A stretch of 52,029 nt of DNA from a virus: the UHGV virus genome UHGV-0205583; one strand, 5' to 3'. Of the stretch, positions 20,017-27,482 are shown one piece after another; within the stretch, counting starts at the first letter, position 1; every line of letters begins with the position of its first letter. Both the position numbers and the translations under genes were made by a program. The notes under the pieces were generated by a model. It made no database searches and was not told where the DNA came from. It was given only the letters and a program-made list of their open reading frames with translations.

Positions 20017-20138
20017 CAAACCCTGATTTTTTATTTTCACTACTTCGACGCGCTTCGTCGGTGGTGTCGTGACGCTGATCTTCACGATTGAGCTTTTTCA
20101 CCCTGCAATTCACCACCACGAAGCGCGCAGGATTTCCA

Positions 20139-20267
20139 TTACATTTCAAAAGAGGCGCAGTCTGCCGGCTTACCTGAAAGCGCCGCGGTAAACTCGCTGA
20201 AACTCAGCGCCTCCTCACCTTCAGAGAGGCTTTCAAAATAGTCTTCATATGCTTTATCCATACTCAT
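20139..20267 (-). CDS. small acidic protein, hypothetical
   Basis: 42-aa ORF (MSMDKAYEDYFESLSEGEE...) with an SD (AAGGGA). First gene downstream of the candidate pL. Confidence 0.3.
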   Translation of the reverse strand: MSMDKAYEDYFESLSEGEEALSFSEFTAALSGKPADCASFEM

Positions 20268-20403
20268 TTCTTTCCCTTAAGGCCGGGCAGCCGAACGTTG
20301 AACCTGCTGCGATTGATATTGCTGTCATCTCATCCGGTGTTTCGTATGCCGCCGGCAGCTACTTCGTGGGCTTCCTGCCTCGATGACTTGCTGCGATGGA
20401 ATG

Positions 20404-20433
20404 ATTAAAGCATTGGTTTATGTTTGATGTCAA
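20404..20433 (-). promoter_or_regulatory. candidate leftward early promoter (pL-like), TTGACA-N18-TTTAAT
   Basis: Good sigma70 hexamers on the minus strand just left of the cI terminator. The flanking TTTGCAT..TATAAATCC segment resembles the sequence at the cro promoter. Confidence 0.35.
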
Positions 20434-20510
20434 CATTGGATTTATACAGATGCAAACTTTTGCTTTAATCGAGACAGGGGAGCTGTTGGAGTGATTGAGG
20501 CTGCGCGGCA

Positions 20511-20540
20511 GGCAAAAAAAAACCGGCATTTGCCGGTTTC
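20511..20540 (-). terminator. rho-independent terminator of the repressor gene
   Basis: Minus-strand AAACCGGCA-aa-TGCCGGTTT stem followed by T8. Confidence 0.7.
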
Positions 20541-20560
20541 ATGGGGTGAGATCAGAGATG

Positions 20561-20950
20561 TTAGTTAGTGTCGCTAGCCTTAAATCGACCACGGAGATAT
20601 TTCTCAACATAATCATCGATTTCTTTTAGGCGGACTTCAAACGTATCAATCATTCTCTCTTGTTCAGCCTCAGGTAACTGCCTAAACAGACGTAACATTT
20701 TGCTCTCATTTGGCTTGAGGCCTGAATCTTCAGATACTTTCTCTCCAAGCAACCAAGTTACAGACACATTGGCAGCTTCCGCGAGGGCAATTGCGGACTT
20801 TTTACTGATTACTCCTTTCTTAAACCACCCATTCACCGCTTGAGGTGTAACTCCAGCAATGCGAGCCATATCCGCCTTGCTGATCCCTCTTTGAGTAATT
20901 TCTTCCAAACGAGCAATCAGTTGGTTGTTGAGTTCTTCAGTGTTTTTCAT
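20561..20950 (-). CDS. CI-type phage repressor (Xre HTH only, no S24 peptidase domain)
   Basis: 129 aa with an HTH (ISKADMARIAGVTPQAVNGWFKKG). Divergent from cro. No C-terminal Ser-Lys peptidase domain. Confidence 0.8.
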   Translation of the reverse strand: MKNTEELNNQLIARLEEITQRGISKADMARIAGVTPQAVNGWFKKGVISKKSAIALAEAANVSVTWLLGEKVSEDSGLKPNESKMLRLFRQLPEAEQERMIDTFEVRLKEIDDYVEKYLRGRFKASDTN

Positions 20951-20995
20951 AAGCCCATTGTAAAGGTTTAGTTTATAGTCACAATAAATTAAAAA

Positions 20996-21027
20996 TTTGC
21001 ATTGAATATAAACCTATGCTTTATTAT
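20996..21027 (+). promoter_or_regulatory. candidate pR/operator region (TTGCAT-N17-TTTATT) sharing a 19-mer with the pL side
   Basis: TTTGCATTGAATATAAACC here matches TTTGCATCTGTATAAATCC at 20436..20454 (reverse complement) in 15 of 19 positions. Confidence 0.4.
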
Positions 21028-21051
21028 GCCTAACTTAACGAGGAGATAGAT

Positions 21052-21267
21052 ATGACAGCCCTTGATAACGCAATTCGAGTAGCTGGCTCAGCCAATAAAT
21101 TAGCATCAACGCTTGGAGTAAGCGGCATGGCAGTAAGTCAGTGGAAAACAAAAGGTATTGTGCCTTCATCGCGAGTTTTACAGGTTTTTAATGCAACGGG
21201 CGTTACGCCTCATGAATTACGTCCTGATCTATATCCGAATCCGACGGATGGAATACCTAAGGAGTGA
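21052..21267 (+). CDS. Cro/YdaS-like HTH regulator
   Basis: 71 aa with an HTH (LASTLGVSGMAVSQWKTKG). Divergent from cI. Confidence 0.7.
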   Translation: MTALDNAIRVAGSANKLASTLGVSGMAVSQWKTKGIVPSSRVLQVFNATGVTPHELRPDLYPNPTDGIPKE

Positions 21268-21269
21268 CC

Positions 21270-21824
21270 ATGCAAACCACCTCTTTTGAAAATCATACTC
21301 CGGTGATGAGTATGCAACTGAAAACGGAAAATCAGTATTTGCCCCGTCGGCGTGACGGCAAGAAATGCCGAGCCATTTTGGCCGCCGTTCAGGAATGGGA
21401 GTCCTCATTACCTGGGCGTGCGCAAGACCACGTCGCGCAGCTGGTGGCCGAACAGTGGGAGAAACAAAACGGGCGCGGTATCAGCGTCAATAAACAAAAT
21501 CTGTATCGCTACCTGAAAAACGAGGGCGGTTCAGAGAAGTACACCAGTTATGTCATCCAGCTTTCGGCGGCGATCGCTGATGCAATGCCGATAGAGATCG
21601 CGCGCAAACATGGCCTAAAACATGGCTTAACTGAAACTGAGCTGGTGGCCAATGCAATCAAAGAATGCAGCGAAGCGCACCAGGCCAAGTTACTTGGCGC
21701 ACCTCTGCAGAAACTAGAGCGTGAAATACGGGAAGCTGCAATTGCACTTTTTAACATGCTCCCTGCAGATGCGGCGGGACCACTACTGGCGAGCATCAGC
21801 GCCGTAGCGCCGCAATTTTTTTAA
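21270..21824 (+). CDS. CII/YdaT-like early regulatory protein
   Basis: An AAGGAG SD sits 6 nt before the ATG at 21270. The position after cro is the same as in the Rac ydaS-ydaT arrangement. Confidence 0.45.
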   Translation: MQTTSFENHTPVMSMQLKTENQYLPRRRDGKKCRAILAAVQEWESSLPGRAQDHVAQLVAEQWEKQNGRGISVNKQNLYRYLKNEGGSEKYTSYVIQLSAAIADAMPIEIARKHGLKHGLTETELVANAIKECSEAHQAKLLGAPLQKLEREIREAAIALFNMLPADAAGPLLASISAVAPQFF

Positions 21825-21847
21825 TCGAGTTTTGACAATGACCACCA
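21823..21847 (+). promoter_or_regulatory. copy 3 of junction motif (TAA-TCGAGTTTTGACAATGACCACCAGCA)
   Basis: Starts at the stop codon of the upstream gene. Its ATG at 21838 opens a 61-codon out-of-frame ORF across the rep start. Confidence 0.6.
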
Positions 21848-21875
21848 GCACCAGCTGGTTAATAAGAGGTTTCAG

Positions 21876-22859
21876 ATGGCCCGCATCAGAACAGTTAAAC
21901 CTGAATTCTGGACAGATGAGAAGGTGGTGGAATGTTCAATTCCAGCGCGTCTCCTGTTTATCGGGTTGTTCAACTTCGCCAACGATATGGGATGCCTTGA
22001 GCGTTCGCCAAAACGGTTGAAGATGCAAATCTTCCCTGCGGACGCGCTCGATTGCGAACCACTAATACAGGAACTGATTACTCATGGATTACTCACTGAG
22101 TATTCAGTGAATGATGTCTGCTATTTGCAGATTAAAGGTTTCCTTAAGCATCAAAAAATAAACAGGCCTTCGGCCTCAAAAATACCTCTTCCGCCAGAAT
22201 TCACTGAGTCTAAGGCAGGAAAGGAAGAAAAGAGAGCTCCTAATCAAGGAGGGCTCAGTGAGGACTCAGTGAATCCTCATGGAGGACTCACTGACGGAAA
22301 AGGAAGGGAAGGGAAGGGAAAAGGATCAAACCCCACTCTCTATGCGCAGGAGAGAAATTTTCCCCAGCAACCTCAGTATCTGCCTGGAGTGGATATTCCG
22401 ATCGGGAAATTCGCCATGCACGACCTTTGGCTGCCGTCACAGGACTGGCCGCGACTGGCTGCTACCTGGGGTATAGCGCTTCCCGAACCGGCATACCTGC
22501 CGACAGAGCTGGCAGAGTTCACCGCGTACTGGAAATCCGAGGGGAAAGTGTTCACTCAGATTCAGTGGGAGCAGAAATTTGCCCGCAGCGTGATAAGTGC
22601 CAGAGCCAAATCTAAACCGCAACCAGCAACCGGAGGTAAAGACCATGCAGGAATTCAACCAGTTAACACCGCATCCCGGGCAGTTCAGGAAATTCAGGCA
22701 GCCAGAGAACGCTGGGAAAAGCAAAACGGACTTGCTGGCGGCGGATACGGCATGGCGGCTATGGACAGTCATGGGGGAAATATTTTCGAACCGGTGGACC
22801 CAGAAGAACGGGGCGGCGCCCTCGGATATGTGGATTGCCCAGATCGGATCGATGAGTGA
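21876..22859 (+). CDS. phage replication-initiation protein (YdaU/O-like), putative
   Basis: 327 aa with an AGAGG SD and a basic N-terminal domain, at the position of the Rac ydaU gene. The C-terminal third overlaps the next ORF. Confidence 0.5.
   Translation: MARIRTVKPEFWTDEKVVECSIPARLLFIGLFNFANDMGCLERSPKRLKMQIFPADALDCEPLIQELITHGLLTEYSVNDVCYLQIKGFLKHQKINRPSASKIPLPPEFTESKAGKEEKRAPNQGGLSEDSVNPHGGLTDGKGREGKGKGSNPTLYAQERNFPQQPQYLPGVDIPIGKFAMHDLWLPSQDWPRLAATWGIALPEPAYLPTELAEFTAYWKSEGKVFTQIQWEQKFARSVISARAKSKPQPATGGKDHAGIQPVNTASRAVQEIQAARERWEKQNGLAGGGYGMAAMDSHGGNIFEPVDPEERGGALGYVDCPDRIDE
22299..22323. repeat. (GGGAA)n pentanucleotide microsatellite inside the replication gene
   Basis: AAGGAAGGGAAGGGAAGGGAAAAGG encodes GKGREGKGKGS. 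Confidence 0.8.
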
Positions 22860-23316
22860 AGCCCAGATTACCCTGGTCTGCAGTCAGTGCATGGAGCGCT
22901 GCGCCGCGGGTAACACATGGCCACCGGATCTGGCTGAATTCGTTGCTCTGGTATCTGCCAGCGGTGCTAACCCGTTCAATCTGACATCCGAATCTATAAT
23001 GGCGGAATACAAGCGCTGGAGGAATGAGTCTTACCGATACTCGGGCAGCGACAAATACCCATGGAAACAGGATGTTCTCTATCACATTTGCATTGAGATG
23101 CGCAGAACCGGAGTTGAGAGGAACCTGACGGAGGGAGAGCTGAAAAAACTGGCAGAAAACTTACTCACGAAATGGACCAAACACCTGGCTAACGGGTTTT
23201 CGATTCCGCCAATTCGTCAGCAGTTGGCAGCACCGAGACATCCAGCAGGACCGACGCCAGCGCAGATTCTGATGGAAGAGTACAAACGCCGCAAGGCGGC
23301 AGGTTTAACCAAGTAA
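22645..23316 (+). CDS. hypothetical replication-associated protein
   Basis: 224 aa from an ATG with a GGAGG SD. No Walker A motif, so not DnaC-like. Overlaps the 3' end of the previous ORF. Confidence 0.4.
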   Translation: MQEFNQLTPHPGQFRKFRQPENAGKSKTDLLAADTAWRLWTVMGEIFSNRWTQKNGAAPSDMWIAQIGSMSEAQITLVCSQCMERCAAGNTWPPDLAEFVALVSASGANPFNLTSESIMAEYKRWRNESYRYSGSDKYPWKQDVLYHICIEMRRTGVERNLTEGELKKLAENLLTKWTKHLANGFSIPPIRQQLAAPRHPAGPTPAQILMEEYKRRKAAGLTK

Positions 23317-23317
23317 A

Positions 23318-23337
23318 CGAGTTTTGACCATGACCAA
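23318..23337 (+). promoter_or_regulatory. copy 4 of junction motif (TAA-ACGAGTTTTGACCATGACCAAAC)
   Basis: Lies directly after the stop of the upstream gene. Its ATG at 23330 is the start of the next gene. Confidence 0.6.
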
Positions 23338-23770
23338 ACAATCAAAAACCAAAGTAACCAAAGCGCAGATGGTGCTTGCCATCGTTAGCCGGACGCCAGA
23401 ATGCGTCCTGCAGGATGTCTGCGATGCGCTGGACTTGCAAGCCAGTACGGCAGGTAACTTGCTGCGGCAGCTCCATGCCGCGGGAAAACTCCATCGTACC
23501 CATAACGGTTGCCAGTATGTCTACCGAGTTGTTGCAGGCGTTGAGGTTCCCGATGTTGCCCTGCCGCAGGCTGTAACACAATTATCTGAAGAGGATGTGA
23601 AAAAAATCCAGGACGCACTGGCCCTGGCGAAGACGCTGGAAGACAAAAAGCTGTGGCGCCGGGCTGCGACTGTTTACACATCGATGCTTGGGATGACTAC
23701 AACAGCAAACGAACTCTGGTTGCTTGCCAAAATGCGCAACCGCTGCCTGCGCAATGCGACGAGGTGCTGA
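23330..23770 (+). CDS. hypothetical winged-helix-like protein
   Basis: 147 aa with no clear SD. The start codon is embedded in junction motif copy 4. Confidence 0.4.
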   Translation: MTKQSKTKVTKAQMVLAIVSRTPECVLQDVCDALDLQASTAGNLLRQLHAAGKLHRTHNGCQYVYRVVAGVEVPDVALPQAVTQLSEEDVKKIQDALALAKTLEDKKLWRRAATVYTSMLGMTTTANELWLLAKMRNRCLRNATRC

Positions 23771-24002
23771 TTATGCCTAAAATGGAATCAACAGCATCTG
23801 GTACGGGATGTCAAAGCTAAGTTCAAATATTCCGGGATGAGGCAAAGCTGAGATGTCCGCTGAGTGCCAGGAGCAGACATTAAGGAAATTGTGATATTTT
23901 GAGTGATGACAAGCCGTTTCCACTCAATTTTTAATTCTCAACACGCCCACTGCTGCAACTCCAGAAAATGATAGATATAATGTTCACACATTTACTTTAT
24001 TA

Positions 24003-24236
24003 ATGCTTCTCGCTGAGCGTTGCCGCATAACGCTCGGTGGATAGGCATTGATGCGTTTCAAAGCTCTGCTAAACACTGCCTGTGAGGCATAGCCGAGGCG
24101 GAGAGCGACTGTGTAAATTAAGTTCTTATCGTGAATAATTAAGTGGCCAGCGAGACGCATTCGTACTTCTCTTGCATAGCGTTGGACACGCTGCTGAACG
24201 GAGTAATGGTTGTGACGGCCATTGCCACCTCAGTCG
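24003..24236 (-). pseudogene. AraC-family regulator C-terminal fragment
   Basis: Translation ...YAREVRMRLAGHLIIHDKNLIYTVALRLGYASQAVFSRALKRINAYPPSVMRQ matches the AraC second HTH. There is no upstream start, and a stop precedes it in frame. Confidence 0.5.
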
Positions 24237-24717
24237 CGGCACTGACCCCAAGAAGAAGTCATTTGTTGCGATGACAAGTGGCTTGGAAAACTATATAGAC
24301 GTGATGAGATCTCAATGGGTATTGCTCACAGCCTTGAAAGAGGAGGTCTTCTTCGAAAAAAAATCAATGGCCTAGTTTTGATTGATAGCTACGCCCTGAT
24401 CAATAGGTTGGGCTTCGGTGAAGCCCGGAGTGATTTGTGCAATGGGTGTTTGCAGAAAATTGAGAATGCTTAGGCCGAATGACCAAAAATCAGAAAGTCT
24501 TTTTGGGGGCGGGAGCGCCATCTTCTGTAAAGCTTGCGGTCCATATGATGGCATACTGGCTTGTGGCGCGACTCTTCTGTCACTAGGCAGCGTACTGTGT
24601 ACTAAGCATTACGTCCAGACTCGTCTTAAGAAGATGGCACTCATTCCTCGAGGTCAAGAAGCGCGGAAAAAAGACGAAGCGATGCCAGGAGGACAATGGT
24701 CAGTGATGATCCAGTAG

Positions 24718-24984
24718 TCAGCTGGTTTGTATGCGATCATAATATTCGATGATTTGCAGCGCAACTGCAGCAATTTGCACAGCTTCTTCTCTGCTGGTAC
24801 CGGCTGCTTTTCCCCCGAAACGGTCATGGAGAACGGCCTGATGAAACTCTCCCACTTCCTCCCCAAGGATAGCCCCCCAGATGAAAGGATCCAGATTGCG
24901 GTCTGCTCCCCATTTTGCATCCTGCCGTTGCATTTCAGCTAACACATCTTTCAGTGCTTCGGTTTCTTGATGTTTATATTTCAT
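24718..24984 (-). CDS. MazG-like nucleotide pyrophosphohydrolase domain protein
   Basis: 88 aa with an EEVGE...EE helix pair (GAILGEEVGEFHQAV...REEAVQIAAVALQI). Confidence 0.5.
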   Translation of the reverse strand: MKYKHQETEALKDVLAEMQRQDAKWGADRNLDPFIWGAILGEEVGEFHQAVLHDRFGGKAAGTSREEAVQIAAVALQIIEYYDRIQTS

Positions 24985-25129
24985 GATTCCCGTTACGTAC
25001 CCGTCATTTTATGCGCTATCTTAAACATTAAATCTATGCTGAGTCCATTGCGATGACGCATCGCATTTTGTGATTGAACGGTAAGTTTGCTATAAACGTA
25101 GCAATGACAAAAATTTAAAGTGGATAATC

Positions 25130-25456
25130 TTGTACATTACCTTTCAAAGCAAAAAGTTAAGAGCTCTTTGTGAGAGTATGCACAATGCGAATGAGAACCT
25201 TGGTGAGAAACTAGCATCCAAGCTACGCGCACGCCTTTCCGATATCACCGTGGCGGACAATATTTTAGCATTGCCCGTCGGTTCGCCGGAGGTATGCTTT
25301 GAGGAAGGGGAAGAGTGTATTACAATTACCCTTTTGGGCGATAAAAAAATGGGATTTGTTTGTGGGAATACGATTCAGCCAAAAAATCAAGACAATACGA
25401 TTGACTGGTCCCAGGTCAGCCGGATACGGTTAGTGTTCATAGGTGATGTGAAATGA
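25130..25456 (+). CDS. RelE/HigB-like putative toxin
   Basis: 108 aa. The N-terminal part resembles the plasmid-maintenance killer family (ITFQSKKLRAL...). Its stop overlaps the start of the Xre-peptidase gene (ATGA). Confidence 0.4.
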   Translation: MYITFQSKKLRALCESMHNANENLGEKLASKLRARLSDITVADNILALPVGSPEVCFEEGEECITITLLGDKKMGFVCGNTIQPKNQDNTIDWSQVSRIRLVFIGDVK

Positions 25457-26535
25457 TGGTAACGCAGGACTTCCAGCCTGACTGGGTATCTCCACCCGGT
25501 GATACGATTATAGATCTGATGGATGAACACGGAATTTCTGATGAGGAGTTGAGTAAAAAAATAGGCTTGTCCCTTGATCGGGGTCAGCAACTTCTTGAAG
25601 GGAAACTCCGACTGAATCCGTCCCTGGCCGACAAGCTTGAAGAGCTGTTCAGTGTGTCGACGGACTTCTGGATCAGGCGCGAAGATGCTTATCGCAGGCA
25701 AATAGAACATATCCAGAAAGTTAACAGCGACTGGCTGGAATCATTGCCCGTACGCGATATGATGGAGTTTGGCTGGATCCCGAAAACCACAACGCGGGAA
25801 AGTAAATTCCGACACTGTCTGTCGTTCTTCGGTATACACTCCGTGAGTGAGTTTTTTCACAAAATACATTCTGATGCTCCACTGGTCGCCTTTCGTAAAT
25901 CATTGAATCTGACGACTGAGCCTGTCGCTGATCTGGTATGGCTGACCCGTGCAGAACAGTTGAGTGCAAAACAGGTCTGCGCAGAATGGAATAAAAAGGC
26001 GCTGCAGGCGCTTTTGCCGGAGCTTCGTAGAGCAACAAACGAACCTGATATGGGAATTTTTATCCCTCACATTCGGCGGCTTCTCGCGACTGCCGGGGTT
26101 TCGCTGATCGTGTTGCCAACGCCCAAGGGATGCCGGGCCAGTGGTGCCACCTGCTTTTTCACTCCAGACCGCGCCACGCTGGTCATGAGTTTCCGCTATC
26201 TTACCGATGACCATTTCTGGTTTACGCTGTTTCATGAGATTGGGCATCTCATTCTGCACGAGGCAGTGCAGGTTCGTGCGGAAGGTAAAGAAGGCCTGTC
26301 GACAGAAGAGGAAAAAGAAGCCGATACATTTGCTGTAGACGTCCTCATTCCTGAGGAATACAGGCAGCAACTCAGGCGCTATGGTGTTCGGCACTGGAGG
26401 GACATCGTCCGCACGGCCCGTAAAATAGGCGTATCAAAAGGGATTGTTCTCGGGTACTTACAACATGAGGGCAACATTCCTTTTTCTCACCTTAACCGGC
26501 TTAAGGTGAGATACAGTAAAGAAGACATTGTATAA
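25453..26535 (+). CDS. Xre-family HTH fused to ImmA/IrrE (COG2856) zinc metallopeptidase
   Basis: N-terminal HTH (ISDEELSKKIGLSLDRGQQLLEGK) and a C-terminal HEIGH zinc motif (FTLFHEIGHLILHE...EADTFA). Confidence 0.75.
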   Translation: MMVTQDFQPDWVSPPGDTIIDLMDEHGISDEELSKKIGLSLDRGQQLLEGKLRLNPSLADKLEELFSVSTDFWIRREDAYRRQIEHIQKVNSDWLESLPVRDMMEFGWIPKTTTRESKFRHCLSFFGIHSVSEFFHKIHSDAPLVAFRKSLNLTTEPVADLVWLTRAEQLSAKQVCAEWNKKALQALLPELRRATNEPDMGIFIPHIRRLLATAGVSLIVLPTPKGCRASGATCFFTPDRATLVMSFRYLTDDHFWFTLFHEIGHLILHEAVQVRAEGKEGLSTEEEKEADTFAVDVLIPEEYRQQLRRYGVRHWRDIVRTARKIGVSKGIVLGYLQHEGNIPFSHLNRLKVRYSKEDIV

Positions 26536-26537
26536 GT

Positions 26538-27482
26538 TCAGCCGCCAAAATAGACGTAGCGATCAGGTGACTTCTGCCAGTTACACAGCGCGTCTTCAAT
26601 GACCTGCATCCTGAGATATGGTGCAGGGATAATTTCGGCAAGTTCAGCCAGTTTATCATTCAGAGTCTCTAGCCTATCACCTGCGCTCCGGCTGTTACTA
26701 AACAGCAGCCGACTCCCCTGAAGAGGGCCAGTAGCTCCCTTCAAAAAAGCATGCCCCGGTTCTGCCTCGATGAGTCCGGTTTTTCTTAGCATAGTCAGGT
26801 AATCAAATCGGGCGGTTCGTCCGAATGAAACCACCGCATTCAGGCCTGAATACAGCAATTCGAAAAGAGTAGCAGGTGTTGCCGCGAGGCTCCTTGCTTC
26901 TGCAAACCGGGCCTCGTGGCTGTATGTTGCACCAATAAATCCGAGATATGAACGAAAAACGACAGGTATAGAACGACGTGAATGATATTTTTTCGTTTCA
27001 TATTTGCGGTGGTTACCATACTGTCTTAGACTGCTATGTAGGGTCAGCTCATCAGAAACGCTGGCAAACCACTGTTCAAATGCATCAAAGTCATCAGTTA
27101 TGGCATCCCATGTCCACGTCTGGGTACCTAGTCCACTGTAAATATCGCGGCACAAAACCCAGCCTGTTTTACTACTCCGGCCAAAATGCGTGGCCAGAAA
27201 AACCAGCCAGCAGGCTTCGTCATAGTTGTTTTCACGCAGATGCAGACACGCAGCACGAAGAGGATCAAATAAATCTGAGTTTGGCTCTTTTCTTAGCGGA
27301 TTCATATAATCGGTTCGTGATGTCAGCGTTGACATATAGCGAATGCGGCGAATACTGTCAATAATCTGAAAGGCTAATACATTATAGTGAGCCGCAGAAC
27401 TCAGTCCGTTTAGGATATGTTTATCGCGACTGAAGTTTTGAAGAGCGGCGACCAACTGGCTTGCCTGACTGTGTCTGTTCAT
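26538..27482 (-). CDS. hypothetical protein, operon partner of the thymidylate-synthase-like gene
   Basis: 314 aa whose start overlaps the ThyA-like stop (ATGA at 27482). No family assigned. Confidence 0.5.
   Translation of the reverse strand: MNRHSQASQLVAALQNFSRDKHILNGLSSAAHYNVLAFQIIDSIRRIRYMSTLTSRTDYMNPLRKEPNSDLFDPLRAACLHLRENNYDEACWLVFLATHFGRSSKTGWVLCRDIYSGLGTQTWTWDAITDDFDAFEQWFASVSDELTLHSSLRQYGNHRKYETKKYHSRRSIPVVFRSYLGFIGATYSHEARFAEARSLAATPATLFELLYSGLNAVVSFGRTARFDYLTMLRKTGLIEAEPGHAFLKGATGPLQGSRLLFSNSRSAGDRLETLNDKLAELAEIIPAPYLRMQVIEDALCNWQKSPDRYVYFGG

Noticed and set aside
19056-23337. The recurrent junction motif read as sigma70 promoters because it contains TTGACA/TTGACC
   Set aside because: No acceptable -10 hexamer lies 16-19 bp downstream in any of the four copies. 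The ATG sits immediately after the -35-like hexamer, leaving no room for a 5' UTR.
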